Source: Muribaculaceae bacterium (lineage in GTDB: Bacteria; Bacteroidota; Bacteroidia; Bacteroidales; Muribaculaceae). From it: a stretch of DNA of 64,000 bases. The stretch is from assembly GCA_022509165.1 (NCBI GenBank), contig JAFLTT010000003.1, forward strand, positions 92,919-156,918. Direction: 5' to 3'. A program made the position numbers and the translations under genes. The notes under the pieces were generated by a model, which saw only the letters and a program-made list of their open reading frames with translations, did not search any database and was not told the DNA's origin. Of the stretch, positions 34,704 through 45,790 are shown piece by piece (positions within the stretch are counted from its first letter, which is position 1; each line of letters opens with the position of its first letter).

Positions 34704-36104
34704 TTATAATTCATTGTATTTTTCTACAACTTTACTCTTTATTATTCCGTCGGAAGTTGTAGTGGAAAGAATATCTCCCTCCGATAATGAATCAATATTT
34801 TTTATTGACTTACCATTGAGTCTCGTGATTGAATAACCTCTTTTAAGAGTATTTCGAGGATCAAGGACTTTCACTAAAGATTCTGTAGCAGTTATTTTCT
34901 CTCCGGCTTGAGCGATTTTATTCGATGTGATATTTACAAGAAAATTTAAAGTAGCATCTATTCTTACTTTTTCCTTTCCGAGTCTACCTTCAGAAATTGA
35001 TTGAAGGATATTCTTCATTCCATCCAGTTTCATCCTTTCCTTTCCCACTTTGCTTTCCAGCATAAGAGGAAGTCGGGCCGTCATATTATGCAATTTTGAT
35101 TTTGCATCACTTATTCTCCTTAGTGCCAATTGAGGTAAAATTGTTTGGACAGTAGCAAATCTTCTTTCTTCTCCACGAATCATCTCAATTGAATATACTC
35201 TCAACTGATCGGCTAAAAATAATACTTTCTCATACGCCTCTCTTGCCTTGTCAACAAAAAAACCGGCCACTGCTGTTGGAGTCTTCAGACTTGTATGAGC
35301 AATTTCATCAAGCACATTTTTATCCCGTTCATGACCTATACCTACTATCACCGGCAAACCGCAGGTTGCCACTGCTTTTGCCAGTTCATAGTCGTCAAAA
35401 CCGTTAAGATCAGTTGTAGCGCCTCCGCCTCTTACGATGGCCACGCAATCCCATAGGTGAGCTGACGACTCTATTATCTGAAGTGCTTTACGTATAGATT
35501 CCGAAACTTTATCCCCCTGCATAACGCAAGGGAAAAGACAGGGATAAAAAACAAATCCTTCCGGATTATTCGATAGTTGCTGGATAAAATCACCATAGCC
35601 TGCTGCGCCTTCTGCAGAAATCACTGCAATTTTCTGAGGAGGAATAGGTAATGAAAGGTTTTTATTCATCGTCGAAATCCCCTCTTTATTAAGGCGCATT
35701 ATTATTTCCCTGCGTAACCTCTCCATATCGCCCATAGTGTAAGATGGGTCGATATCGAAAATATTGAATGCAAGCCCATATATGGAATGATGAGTAGCAC
35801 TACCCCTCACCAAAGCTTTTATGCCGGTACCTATATCTCTTCCTGTAGACTTATAGAATTTTTGTCTCAGCTGTATGAAATTATTTCTCCAGATATTTGC
35901 TCGGAGTTTTGCTATAGTCTGACCCGCTTCATTTTTTTCTATAAGTTCCATATAGCAATGTCCCCCGGAGACTCTCACATCACTCAATTCTGCGATTACC
36001 CATACGCCGTTAAGACGGTTATCGCCACTTATTGTGTCGGTAATCGCAGCAGTAAATCTACTTAAAGGAATTCCTGAAGGAATGGAAAAGAAATTATCCG
36101 GCAT
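34704..36104 (-). CDS. xseA: Exodeoxyribonuclease VII large subunit
   Basis: OB-fold N-terminus 'V.GE.S.....SGH.Y..L.' and catalytic core 'IAVI.....A...D', 'D.....RGGG...DL..F'. Confidence 0.92.
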   Translation of the reverse strand: MPDNFFSIPSGIPLSRFTAAITDTISGDNRLNGVWVIAELSDVRVSGGHCYMELIEKNEAGQTIAKLRANIWRNNFIQLRQKFYKSTGRDIGTGIKALVRGSATHHSIYGLAFNIFDIDPSYTMGDMERLRREIIMRLNKEGISTMNKNLSLPIPPQKIAVISAEGAAGYGDFIQQLSNNPEGFVFYPCLFPCVMQGDKVSESIRKALQIIESSAHLWDCVAIVRGGGATTDLNGFDDYELAKAVATCGLPVIVGIGHERDKNVLDEIAHTSLKTPTAVAGFFVDKAREAYEKVLFLADQLRVYSIEMIRGEERRFATVQTILPQLALRRISDAKSKLHNMTARLPLMLESKVGKERMKLDGMKNILQSISEGRLGKEKVRIDATLNFLVNITSNKIAQAGEKITATESLVKVLDPRNTLKRGYSITRLNGKSIKNIDSLSEGDILSTTTSDGIIKSKVVEKYNEL

Positions 36105-36118
36105 GAATTTCAGTTTGT

Positions 36119-37189
36119 TTATTTCATGGTTCCAAGTTCTTCAAGAGCACCTGTAGTGGTATTGAAAACTGCATAAGAGGGCTCCTTTTTGTCAGTAAAT
36201 ATCGAAGGATTCAGACCAAACAACATACCGAACTGACTCATCGGGAATTCCTCCTCCGCTAAATTCTTTCCGAGATAACTTACCGTCACCTTACCTGCCC
36301 CCGGTATACAATAAACCACTGCATCTTTTGGCAATTTTTTTGGCTCTCCTTTTGCATCAACCGGAATTTCAGCCTCTTCTGTCATTTTCAACGAGATGTA
36401 TACAGGTTCTCCCGAATAATCATTAGCATCTACTACACCTCCCGTCTCACTAAGGCGAAATAAAACAGTCTTGCCCTCGTCTTCCGGTATATAAGTAAAT
36501 GTCCTTACCACTCTTTCTTTCCATGAAGAACCAGTAAAAGCATTCATTAAAGCCTTCTCCTGGTTTTCAAGTGAAGCCAACATTATTTCCAACTGACGTC
36601 CGTCTGTAGGCATCGTCTCTGCAGTGCCTCTTGTCAAAGAAACCTTCGCCTCGCGTATTTCCATCAGTTCCTCAGCCAGTAATTGTGCTTGCTTATAAGA
36701 AGACTGTGCTGAAATAAAATCTTCATCCACAAAATTCAGGTATTCTTTTCCTGTGGTTTTTACACCCTCTAATTGTGTCACATTGATACTTTCCTGCACC
36801 GGCATACCTACTTCCTTATTGATGGAAAGAATCATACCGTCGTCTCCCACACTGATAAATGTTGTGGCGCCGGCTTTTAATTGCATCAGAAACCGGTTGT
36901 CGGGATCAGGACTTCCAAAAGGTGTAATTCTCACTGATTCGATTGTCCATTTTTCCGCATCTTCTGAAATTACATTAGCATCGGAAGTAAATATTTTAGA
37001 ATATTTATAGAAAGGACCCGATACTTTTGTTTCCTTCAATGCCACAACGTCTATTTGAAATCCTGTCCGAGGTAAAGTATATACCAAACCATATTCATTG
37101 TGTTTCTCGGCTGTAAGAATCTTAGTTTGTTGGGCAGCCGAGGGCAGCAATGACGACAAAATAAGTAATGAAGATAATAATTTTTTCAT
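36119..37189 (-). CDS. DUF4831-like secreted protein
   Basis: Signal peptide. 'NEYGLVYTLPRT...GPFYKYS' resembles DUF4831, which I recall as commonly next to xseA in Bacteroidales. Confidence 0.55.
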   Translation of the reverse strand: MKKLLSSLLILSSLLPSAAQQTKILTAEKHNEYGLVYTLPRTGFQIDVVALKETKVSGPFYKYSKIFTSDANVISEDAEKWTIESVRITPFGSPDPDNRFLMQLKAGATTFISVGDDGMILSINKEVGMPVQESINVTQLEGVKTTGKEYLNFVDEDFISAQSSYKQAQLLAEELMEIREAKVSLTRGTAETMPTDGRQLEIMLASLENQEKALMNAFTGSSWKERVVRTFTYIPEDEGKTVLFRLSETGGVVDANDYSGEPVYISLKMTEEAEIPVDAKGEPKKLPKDAVVYCIPGAGKVTVSYLGKNLAEEEFPMSQFGMLFGLNPSIFTDKKEPSYAVFNTTTGALEELGTMK

Positions 37190-37202
37190 ATCGAAACCCT
37201 TC

Positions 37203-38723
37203 TTATTTCTTGGAAGTAATATTTTTTAAAGCAATAGCGCAATAGTCGGCTATATCTGAGGCGAGGAGACCGTATTCTCCCCATTTTTCCACTGCCAGAT
37301 CTCCGGCATAACCATGGAGAAAAACCCCGAGAAAGGCAGCTTGCTCCGGTGGATATCCTTGTGCCAGCAATGAAGTGATCACTCCTGTCAGGACATCTCC
37401 GGCACCTGCTGTAGCCATTCCGGGATTTCCTGTAGAATTAAAATACACTCGTCCTGTAGGTCTCACAGTTGCTGTATAATGACCCTTCAGCACAATGATG
37501 ATATTGTAATATTTGGCCATATCAATAGCCTTCTGCAATCGTTCTTCCGAACCTGAATGTTCTCCGAAAAGCCGGTCGAATTCTCCTATATGAGGTGTGA
37601 TGATAGTATGGGCGGGTAAAAGACTTAACAAATGCGGACGTCGCGCAAGACAATTCAATGCATCGGCATCAAGAACCAAGGGATTCTTATAATTCTTCAA
37701 AAGAGTTTCCAGCGCATCTATTGTCTTTTCATTCACACCTAAGCCCGGTCCCACTGCCACTGCCTGGTGATTGTGGTGCACACTCATATCCGTAACGAAA
37801 TGTTCATTCCGATCCGGTTCAAACAGGGCTTCCGGCACAGTTGTCTGAAGCACATTCATAGCCGCACGCGCACTATGCACTGTGGCGAGACCCGCCCCTG
37901 TTCGCAGGCAGCCTCTTGCGGTAAGAGCAGCAGCACCGGCCATTCCTGTGCTTCCTGCAAAAAACAGGGCCGATCCATAATCACGTTTCCCCGAAAAAGG
38001 ATTACGCTTTTTGAAAAACCTTCTTATATTTTTTTCCTCTACCAATTTAAAATCTACAGGCAGTTCCTTTATTTTTTTTTCATCAAGGTCTATATCCAGT
38101 AGTTTCCACTCTCCCAACACTTCCCGGTTCTCTTCAAAAAAGAAAGAAAGACGGGGAAATTGAAAAGTCAAGGTCAGGTTGGCATGCACCATATCACGGC
38201 GACTCACATTGGAATTCCATTCTCCTGATAGTCCAGTAGGAATATCTATCGCTATGATATATGCTCCTGAATCGTTGATGTAATTCACCAGTGTAAGAAA
38301 ACCTTTCTGCAGAGTACCACGTATTCCACTTCCAAACAAGCCGTCGATAACCACATCTCCGGGACCAAGATAAGGGGGCTGAAAATCTTTTGTGACTTCA
38401 GTAAAATCTATCCCCTCTATTTTTGTAATCTCATGAAGCTCCTGGGTGCAATCATGGCTTAGTTTGCCCATCACATTAAACAGAAATATTTCTATTTTTT
38501 TATACCCCTGTTCGAAAAGCATTCTTCCTACAGCCAGCGCATCACCTCCATTGTTACCGGGACCTGCAAAAATAATGAACCTTTGACTTGGACTAAAACG
38601 TGACACTATTTCACAGCACACCGCAGAGGCAGCCCTTTCCATCAAATCGAGTGACGTAATACCTTGTGCCTCACAGGTGGCTTTATCTATTTCTCTAATT
38701 AATTCTGATGTAAAAATCTTCAT
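37203..38723 (-). CDS. nnr: Bifunctional NAD(P)H-hydrate epimerase / ADP-dependent dehydratase
   Basis: 506 aa. YjeF_N 'GPGNNGGDALAV' and carbohydrate-kinase C-terminus 'GNPGMATAGAGDVLTG'. Confidence 0.92.
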   Translation of the reverse strand: MKIFTSELIREIDKATCEAQGITSLDLMERAASAVCCEIVSRFSPSQRFIIFAGPGNNGGDALAVGRMLFEQGYKKIEIFLFNVMGKLSHDCTQELHEITKIEGIDFTEVTKDFQPPYLGPGDVVIDGLFGSGIRGTLQKGFLTLVNYINDSGAYIIAIDIPTGLSGEWNSNVSRRDMVHANLTLTFQFPRLSFFFEENREVLGEWKLLDIDLDEKKIKELPVDFKLVEEKNIRRFFKKRNPFSGKRDYGSALFFAGSTGMAGAAALTARGCLRTGAGLATVHSARAAMNVLQTTVPEALFEPDRNEHFVTDMSVHHNHQAVAVGPGLGVNEKTIDALETLLKNYKNPLVLDADALNCLARRPHLLSLLPAHTIITPHIGEFDRLFGEHSGSEERLQKAIDMAKYYNIIIVLKGHYTATVRPTGRVYFNSTGNPGMATAGAGDVLTGVITSLLAQGYPPEQAAFLGVFLHGYAGDLAVEKWGEYGLLASDIADYCAIALKNITSKK

Positions 38724-38914
38724 ATTGCAAAATTAGCAATTGACAATGGAAGTCACAAATATACTTTACTTTCATATTACTGAACATTCCATTTGCGTTA
38801 GAGCCTGTTATCCATTTTAATAACAGTTTAATTGTATTTTTTGCTCTTCTTTTAAGGCTTATCATTAATTTTGAACTTATAAAAAGCAATAGATAACCTT
38901 TTAGAGGAAGAGTG

Positions 38915-41386
38915 ATGAATATACAAGAAATCGGTAAGGTATTGGGGGAAAAATTCGGAGAGAATTTTTCGCAGGTAATTAAAGACCCTTCTCAAAATAT
39001 TAATATTCTCCTCACAGATTCCCGAAATCATTTCAACCCTAAGGTTACACTCTTTTTTGCCATCTCAACTCCGGGAGGTAATGACGGACATAAATTCATC
39101 AGGGAATTATATGAAAAAGGAGTCAGGAACTTTGTAGTAGAAAAATATCCTGAAGACCCATTATCTTTTGCAAACGCCAATTTCTTAATTGTACCTGACT
39201 CTATTGATGCATTGACTGAGATAGCCAAAATGCACAGAAATAAATCAAAAGAGACTTTAGCCATCACAGGTAGCCGTGGTAAAACTACCTTAAAGGAAAT
39301 GATATTCCAGTTATTAGAACCATCTAAAAAAATCTCTCGTTCTCCAAGAAGTTTTAATTCTAAAATAGGAGTTCCACTGTCATTATGGCAGATAGCGGAT
39401 GATTCTGATCTTGCTATTATAGAAGCAGGCATTTCGAAAAAGGGTGAAATGAAGAGGCTCGCAAATGCCATTGCACCTGATACAGTGATCTTTACAAATT
39501 TGGGTGATGCCCATGATTCCGGTTTTGAATCAAAAGAAGAAAAAGCAAAAGAAAAGGCAATACTCGCAGAAGCTGAAGAAGTAAAAAACATCATTTTTCC
39601 GGCTGATGATAAGTTGCTCGCAAACGTTCTTGAGCCCCTGGCTTCTAAGAAAAATATTATAAGATGGTCATTTACAAATCCTCAGGTCGAACTATTCCTC
39701 CAATGGAAGGATAATGTTTTATATTATACTTGGAAACGCCGGGAACACAGCTTTCCATTCACCCCTGACAAGGAATTTGATTTAGAGAATATCGCGGGTG
39801 CATTGGCATTTTTACTTCTCGAAGGTATTGACAGTGCTACAATAAAAAAACAAATAGAGAATCTTCATAAAATAGGCACACGAATGAATGTGTCGGAGGG
39901 TATAAACGGTTGTTCTGTTATTTTTGATTCCTATACCAGCGACCTCTCTTCTCTTTTGCCGGCTATAGACTTCATGAAAAGGAGAAAAATGCCTTCCCAA
40001 ACCCTCACACTTATATTAAATGACTTAAGACATGAGGGGACAGATACTGCCCATACCTATAAGGAAATAGCAAATCTCCTTAAAGAAACGAATGTGGAGA
40101 AATTTATCGGAATAGGAAAAGCTTTCAAAGAATATCAAAGATTTTTTTCTCAGAAATCAAAATTTTATGAAGATATAGATTCTTTTCTCAAAGATTTTTC
40201 AGTTTCTGATTTTAATGATGAAATAATTCTCATAAAAGGAAATAATAAATTTAAAAAGATTCATGAGCAACTTGAGGCCCGCAACCATGAAACTGTGCTG
40301 GAAGTGAATCTTGATGCCATGCTCAGAAATTATAATTTTTTCAGAAGTAAGCTGCCATCCGAAACAGGTATTATTGCCATGGTAAAAGCTTCGGGATATG
40401 GGGCCGGAAGTTATGAGATTGCAAAGACACTCCAAGATGCAGGAGCTGCTTATCTGGCTGTGGCAGCACTCGATGAAGGTATCGATTTAAGAAAAAACGG
40501 TATAGTGATGCCTGTGATGGTAATGAATCCCCGGGCGGCCAACTATACCTCATTATTTAAGAACCGCCTTGAACCTGTGATTTATTCTCTATCCATGCTC
40601 CGTGACCTCTCAGAGGCTGCCGGCAAGTATGGTAAAGGAGAATATCCGGTACATCTAAAACTCGATACCGGAATGCATAGGATGGGATTTTTAGAAAATG
40701 AAATTCCACAACTGAAGGAATTGCTTCAAAAATCATCCCATATCAAGGTGACATCCATTTTCTCGCATCTCGCAACAGCAGATTGCCTTGATATGGATAA
40801 TTACACACTTGGGCAACTGGATAAATTTGAAAAAATGTCTTCCGACATAATGGCTTTTTTGCCATATCCAACAAAGAGACATATTTTGAATTCTGCCGGT
40901 ATAATCCGATTCCCGGAGTATCATTATGACTTTGTACGCCTGGGTATTGGCCTTTATGGAGCCAACACCCTACCTCCTGATATTGAACCACCCCTTGCAA
41001 CGGTCAACACTTTAAGAAGCGTCATAATATGTATTCGTGAGATTGAACCCGATCAGGCGGTGGGCTATGGAAGAAAAGGAACAATCCGGAAAAAATCCAA
41101 AATAGCTACTATCCCCATCGGCTATGCAGATGGAATGAACCGTAAATTCGGCAACGGCGCTATAAAAGTTTTAGTCAATGGGAAACAGGCGCCCACTATC
41201 GGAAATATCTGTATGGATGCCACGATGATTGATGTTACAGGTATTGATTGCCGGGAAGGTGATATGGTAGAAATTTTTGGAGAAAATATGAGCGTGCAGG
41301 CATTGGCCGACACGCTCGATACGATTCCTTATGAAATATTCACTTCAGTTTCTCCTCGGGTAAAAAGAGTTTATTTCCGGGAGTAA
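38915..41386 (+). CDS. murF/alr: Fused UDP-MurNAc-tripeptide--D-Ala-D-Ala ligase (MurF) / alanine racemase (Alr)
   Basis: The N-terminal half has the Mur ligase P-loop 'ITGSRGKTT'. The C-terminal half has the Alr PLP site 'AMVKASGYGAG' and 'YGANTL'. Confidence 0.9.
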   Translation: MNIQEIGKVLGEKFGENFSQVIKDPSQNINILLTDSRNHFNPKVTLFFAISTPGGNDGHKFIRELYEKGVRNFVVEKYPEDPLSFANANFLIVPDSIDALTEIAKMHRNKSKETLAITGSRGKTTLKEMIFQLLEPSKKISRSPRSFNSKIGVPLSLWQIADDSDLAIIEAGISKKGEMKRLANAIAPDTVIFTNLGDAHDSGFESKEEKAKEKAILAEAEEVKNIIFPADDKLLANVLEPLASKKNIIRWSFTNPQVELFLQWKDNVLYYTWKRREHSFPFTPDKEFDLENIAGALAFLLLEGIDSATIKKQIENLHKIGTRMNVSEGINGCSVIFDSYTSDLSSLLPAIDFMKRRKMPSQTLTLILNDLRHEGTDTAHTYKEIANLLKETNVEKFIGIGKAFKEYQRFFSQKSKFYEDIDSFLKDFSVSDFNDEIILIKGNNKFKKIHEQLEARNHETVLEVNLDAMLRNYNFFRSKLPSETGIIAMVKASGYGAGSYEIAKTLQDAGAAYLAVAALDEGIDLRKNGIVMPVMVMNPRAANYTSLFKNRLEPVIYSLSMLRDLSEAAGKYGKGEYPVHLKLDTGMHRMGFLENEIPQLKELLQKSSHIKVTSIFSHLATADCLDMDNYTLGQLDKFEKMSSDIMAFLPYPTKRHILNSAGIIRFPEYHYDFVRLGIGLYGANTLPPDIEPPLATVNTLRSVIICIREIEPDQAVGYGRKGTIRKKSKIATIPIGYADGMNRKFGNGAIKVLVNGKQAPTIGNICMDATMIDVTGIDCREGDMVEIFGENMSVQALADTLDTIPYEIFTSVSPRVKRVYFRE

Positions 41387-41393
41387 CCTCATT

Positions 41394-41591
41394 TTACTGC
41401 AAATTATTAAGCGACTCAATACATTTTTTCACTTCCTCATCGGTTGTGAATAATTTTTCCCTGCAGTATTTTATAAGTTCAGCTGCTCTTTTGGTATAAT
41501 CCGCTAAAGCATCGATATCACAATTGTCACTTTGCATTTTAGCCACAATTGCTTCCAACTCCTGCATTGCTTTTGTATAGGTCATTTCCAT
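41394..41591 (-). CDS. xseB: Exodeoxyribonuclease VII small subunit
   Basis: 65 aa. The 'Y..AM.ELE.IV..M......D.L' pattern is typical of XseB. Confidence 0.8.
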   Translation of the reverse strand: MEMTYTKAMQELEAIVAKMQSDNCDIDALADYTKRAAELIKYCREKLFTTDEEVKKCIESLNNLQ

Positions 41592-41618
41592 AATGGGGGA
41601 TTTTTAAACTTGGGGGTT

Positions 41619-42713
41619 TTAAGACTTGGGTTTTGATTCACAATACAGACATCTGTATTCACCCATTTTATCGTGTGCAGGTCTGAAAATGCTTTCTACC
41701 CCATTTTCCATATTCGAAATACATCTGCGGTTTCTGCAGATATATTTTCCCTTCACTGCATCCTTTGGTATCAGCTCAGAATCTTTAGAGGGGTCTTTAC
41801 TCCAGTCCAGCAATTTAGAAATTAGGGCCATTCTCACAAATTTTCCATTTTCTACTTGCCTGAAATAAGCTGCCCTTGGATCTGAATCTACATCAGTGCT
41901 TATTTCATTTACCCTGGGAAGAGGATGCAATATACACATATCAGGTTTTGCATGTTTCAGTTTCTCAGCATCCAAAACAAAGAAATCCTTCACACGGTCA
42001 TATTCATCTTCATCGAGGAAACGCTCTTTCTGCACCCTGGTCATATACAACACATCAAGGTCTCCTATAACGGGGTCGATAGAATCAACTTCCACATAAG
42101 GGACGCCGTTAATCTCACAAACTTCCTGTTTCATATAGTCGGGAAGTCTGAGTTGCTCCGGGGCTATCAGCACTACTTTCACTCCTTTATATCTCGATAA
42201 AGCCTTGATAAGTGAATGTACCGTGCGACCAAACTTAAGGTCTCCACAAAAACCTATGGTAATATTGTCGATTCTTCCGAGTTCTCTTTTTATCGTAAGT
42301 AAATCTGTCAAGGTCTGGGTAGGATGGCTATGACTTCCGTCACCGGCATTAATCACCGGAATTTTTGAATTCATAGCAGCCACTGTGGCAGCTCCCTCCT
42401 CAAAATGGCGCATTGCAATGATATCTGCAAAACAGTTTATCACTTTTGTGGTGTCGGCACATGTCTCACCTTTACTTACAGAAGAGTTTTTTGCATCAGA
42501 GAAACCAAGCACATTCCCTCCTAATTCCATCATAGCAGATGTGAAACTCAGTCGGGTACGGGTTGACGGTTCATAGAAAAGTGTAGCAAGTTTCTTTCCT
42601 TTACAAAGGTCAGCATACTTATCACGGTTTTCAATAATATCCTGGCCTAAGTCGAGAATCTCCTCGAGTTCCTCTTTAGAGAGGTCGGTAGGGTCTATCA
42701 GATGTTTTGCCAT
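41619..42713 (-). CDS. pyrB: Aspartate carbamoyltransferase catalytic chain with a C-terminal PyrI-type zinc domain
   Basis: 'STRTR', 'HPTQ' and 'HPLPR' motifs. A C-terminal ~55 aa extension carries 'CRNRRCIS...YRCLYCE' (Cx4C...CxxC). Confidence 0.9.
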   Translation of the reverse strand: MAKHLIDPTDLSKEELEEILDLGQDIIENRDKYADLCKGKKLATLFYEPSTRTRLSFTSAMMELGGNVLGFSDAKNSSVSKGETCADTTKVINCFADIIAMRHFEEGAATVAAMNSKIPVINAGDGSHSHPTQTLTDLLTIKRELGRIDNITIGFCGDLKFGRTVHSLIKALSRYKGVKVVLIAPEQLRLPDYMKQEVCEINGVPYVEVDSIDPVIGDLDVLYMTRVQKERFLDEDEYDRVKDFFVLDAEKLKHAKPDMCILHPLPRVNEISTDVDSDPRAAYFRQVENGKFVRMALISKLLDWSKDPSKDSELIPKDAVKGKYICRNRRCISNMENGVESIFRPAHDKMGEYRCLYCESKPKS

Positions 42714-43333
42714 GATTCATCAGAAGGATTAGACATGAATTTTTTCAATTTCTTTTCATCGCTCTCAGAGATATATCCTTCCTCTACAGCCACTTTGCAA
42801 AGCACATCGAAATTTGTGAGGGAATAGTTCAACACATTTGCCTCTTTAAGTCTCTCTATTCCTTTTTTCATTCCATAAGTGAAGATACTCACCACTCCCA
42901 ACACCTCGGCTCCTGCCTCTCTTAAGGCTTCTACAACTTCAATACAGCTTCCCCCAGTTGAGATAAGGTCTTCAATTACCACTACCTTCTGGCCTTTCTC
43001 CAATTTACCTTCGATACGGTTTCCTCTGCCGTGATCTTTATTTCCGCCTCTTACATATCCCATAGGAAGATTAAGAATCCAACCCGCAATCGCGGCGTGA
43101 GCTATTCCGGCAGTACTGGTACCCATCAGTACTTCTACCTCCGGGAATTTTTCTTTAACAGTGTTGGCTATAGCTTCCTCCACAATTTTTCTTGCTTCCG
43201 GATCAGACAGAATCAGTCGATTATCGCAATAAATCGGACTCTTGATTCCACTTGCCCAGGTAAAAGGCTCGTTGGGGCGAAGAAACACTGCTTTTATACG
43301 CAATAATTGTTCTGCAACTTTAATATCGTTCAT
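42698..43333 (-). CDS. pyrE: Orotate phosphoribosyltransferase
   Basis: PRPP-binding loop '[13 protein letters not shown]'. Confidence 0.92.
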   Translation of the reverse strand: MNDIKVAEQLLRIKAVFLRPNEPFTWASGIKSPIYCDNRLILSDPEARKIVEEAIANTVKEKFPEVEVLMGTSTAGIAHAAIAGWILNLPMGYVRGGNKDHGRGNRIEGKLEKGQKVVVIEDLISTGGSCIEVVEALREAGAEVLGVVSIFTYGMKKGIERLKEANVLNYSLTNFDVLCKVAVEEGYISESDEKKLKKFMSNPSDESWQNI

Positions 43334-43376
43334 ATAAATTTAATTCTTAGATCAGATTATTTATTCCCGCCAGTTA

Positions 43377-44117
43377 TCAAATGAAGGTAGAAGGATTGTA
43401 AACGAATTCTTCATCTGCACAGAAATCTTTCACGCATCTATTATATGCTTCCACAGGATTAGAAGCGGCAGTAATCGGACGGCCTACTACAATAAAATCA
43501 GAACCAAGTTCCCTGGCTTTAGCGGGATCAGTAAATCTCACCTGGTCATCAACTGCAGAATCAGCAAATCGGATACCCGGAGTCACGGCTATGAAGTCAG
43601 GTCCACAGGCCTGTTTTACTTTTGCCACCTCCAGAGGTGAGCAAACCACGCCGTCAAGTCCGGCTTCCATGGCATTATGGGCATAATGAGCTATGGTGTC
43701 GTCTATAGGATTATCTATCAAGAGTTGTTCCTTCATTGCCTGCTCTGAGGTGGAGGTCAGCTGGGTTACAGCTATCAGCAATGGTCTGGAGCCATCTTCA
43801 CGTGTAAGACCCTCTTTTGCAGCCTTCATCATTTCCTTTGTACCCGAGGCATGTACATTCACCATATCCACATCAAGGGTAGACAACACTTTCATTGCCT
43901 TTTTTACTGTATTTGGTATGTCATGTAGTTTTAAATCCAGAAATATTCTAAATCCACGACGCTTAAGTTCCTTTACAATTTCCGGACCTGCCGAATAAAA
44001 CAATTCCATTCCGATTTTGAGAAATGGTTTCTTCTCTTCTGCTGAAAATTTATCCAGGAATTCGTAACATTCCTTGGCACTGCTAAAATCACAGGCTATT
44101 ATTACATCTCTTTTCAT
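43377..44117 (-). CDS. pyrF: Orotidine 5'-phosphate decarboxylase
   Basis: 'IIACDF', '[12 protein letters not shown]' and 'IVVGRPI' motifs. Confidence 0.92.
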   Translation of the reverse strand: MKRDVIIACDFSSAKECYEFLDKFSAEEKKPFLKIGMELFYSAGPEIVKELKRRGFRIFLDLKLHDIPNTVKKAMKVLSTLDVDMVNVHASGTKEMMKAAKEGLTREDGSRPLLIAVTQLTSTSEQAMKEQLLIDNPIDDTIAHYAHNAMEAGLDGVVCSPLEVAKVKQACGPDFIAVTPGIRFADSAVDDQVRFTDPAKARELGSDFIVVGRPITAASNPVEAYNRCVKDFCADEEFVYNPSTFI

Positions 44118-44129
44118 AGGGAATAAATT

Positions 44130-45032
44130 TTATTTTCTTAATGCACTGTTTTTTATTGCTTCCGGCAATTGCTCTATTATAGTTTTACATGCATAGGGGT
44201 CTACAAGATTGGCAGATCCTACCTCTACAGCATTTGCTCCGGCCAACATCATCTCCACCGCATCCGATGCCGATGAAATTCCACCGCATCCGATTATCGG
44301 AAGGTCGGAAAAAGCCTTTCGTACCTGATATACCATCCTTAAAGCTATAGGAAATATAGCCGGACCTGAAAAACCTCCCATTACATTGGCAATTACAGGG
44401 TATCCGGTCTTCACATCTATCCTCATGCCCAGCAATGTGTTAATAAGGCATAAGCCATCCGCTCCCCCTTTCACTGCTGCCTCAGCCATGGCGGTAATAT
44501 CTGTCACATTAGGGGTAAGTTTCACGAACAATGGTACGGTACAAACCTTTTTCACTTCTTTCACAAGTGAGTGTAGAACCTCCGGGTCAGTACCAAATGA
44601 CATTCCTCCCCCATGAACATTGGGGCAACTCACATTCAGTTCTATAAGTCCAATCTGAGGTTGAGAAGTTATCTTGGCACAACATTCTACATATTCCTCG
44701 ATTGAAAAACCGCTGATATTGGCCACAATAGGCTGATGAAACACTTCCCTTAGTCTGGGCAATTCCCTTTCTATTACGGCATTGATACCGGGATTCTGCA
44801 ATCCCACTGAATTAATAAGACCGGCACTACATTCAGCCACCCGTGGCAGAGGGTTGCCGAAACGCGGGGATTTAGTGGTGCCTTTGATAGATACTGATCC
44901 CAGAATATCTATGGGATAATAATCATTCATTTCATAACCGTAACCGAAGCATCCAGATGCGGGTATCACAGGATTCTGCAGGGTAATATCACCCAGCTTC
45001 ACACTTAAGTCGATATCTTTTGTCATTTCCAT
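44130..45032 (-). CDS. pyrD: Dihydroorotate dehydrogenase 1B, catalytic subunit
   Basis: 'ASGCFGYG', 'ELNVSCPN' and 'GGISSASDAVEMMLAGA' motifs. It is paired with pyrK. Confidence 0.92.
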   Translation of the reverse strand: MEMTKDIDLSVKLGDITLQNPVIPASGCFGYGYEMNDYYPIDILGSVSIKGTTKSPRFGNPLPRVAECSAGLINSVGLQNPGINAVIERELPRLREVFHQPIVANISGFSIEEYVECCAKITSQPQIGLIELNVSCPNVHGGGMSFGTDPEVLHSLVKEVKKVCTVPLFVKLTPNVTDITAMAEAAVKGGADGLCLINTLLGMRIDVKTGYPVIANVMGGFSGPAIFPIALRMVYQVRKAFSDLPIIGCGGISSASDAVEMMLAGANAVEVGSANLVDPYACKTIIEQLPEAIKNSALRK

Positions 45033-45790
45033 ATCAACTCACTTTTTAGAAAAACGGGACCCTCTTTGCAGATTCTTTTACTTCCCGATTTAGTTTCAAG
45101 ACTGCAACACATGCACACACCGTAGCCACAACCCATCCTACATTCCAAACTCATTTCTCCCTCCGTTGGCAAGTCTCTCAGTGCTTTGAGCATCGGCATT
45201 GGTCCGCAGGCATAGAAATAATCATATTGAAGGTCTTTCTCTCTTATCACGTCAGTAACGAATCCTTTGGTACCTTCACTGCCATCCATAGTGGCTATAT
45301 AAGTTTCTATGCCCAAGTTCCGTAATTCTTTTTCCATTCCCCAGGATTCAACCGCTGTATTGTAACCTATCACCACTTTTGGCTTCTTGCCACACGCCAG
45401 AAGATCAACAGCCAGTTGCATAAGGGGAGCTGCTCCTATACCTCCTCCCAACAGCAAGGGATTCCGGATATCCTTAGGGATACTGAACCCGTTGCCAAGT
45501 CCCACCAATACATCAAGGGGTTCTCCCGGTTTAAGTTCTGATAAAATCTTTGTTCCTTCACCGGCTATGTTGTAAAGTAAGATAAGATATTTTTCCTTAG
45601 TAAAATATTGGCTTACCGATATAGGCCTCCGCAGGTACTTCCCCGGAACGGCAATATTCACAAATTGGCCTGAAGAAGTAAAAACATCTATGTCTCCCCT
45701 CAATTTCAGTTGCCATGTTCTGCTACTGAGTTGGCGGTTTTCTTCTATTATCAATTTCTTCCTGATATCTTTCATATCAGTCTTCATCAA
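45023..45790 (-). CDS. pyrK: Dihydroorotate dehydrogenase electron-transfer subunit
   Basis: FNR-like 'RRPISV' and 'GGGIGAAP', with a C-terminal 2Fe-2S 'CGYGVCMCC'. Confidence 0.9.
   Translation of the reverse strand: MMKTDMKDIRKKLIIEENRQLSSRTWQLKLRGDIDVFTSSGQFVNIAVPGKYLRRPISVSQYFTKEKYLILLYNIAGEGTKILSELKPGEPLDVLVGLGNGFSIPKDIRNPLLLGGGIGAAPLMQLAVDLLACGKKPKVVIGYNTAVESWGMEKELRNLGIETYIATMDGSEGTKGFVTDVIREKDLQYDYFYACGPMPMLKALRDLPTEGEMSLECRMGCGYGVCMCCSLETKSGSKRICKEGPVFLKSELIWK

Noticed and set aside
39028-39594. I examined the 188-aa minus-strand ORF inside murF-alr.
   Set aside because: It is antisense to the Mur-ligase domain and its sequence is low-complexity (Ser/Ala/Phe-rich). It is a shadow ORF.
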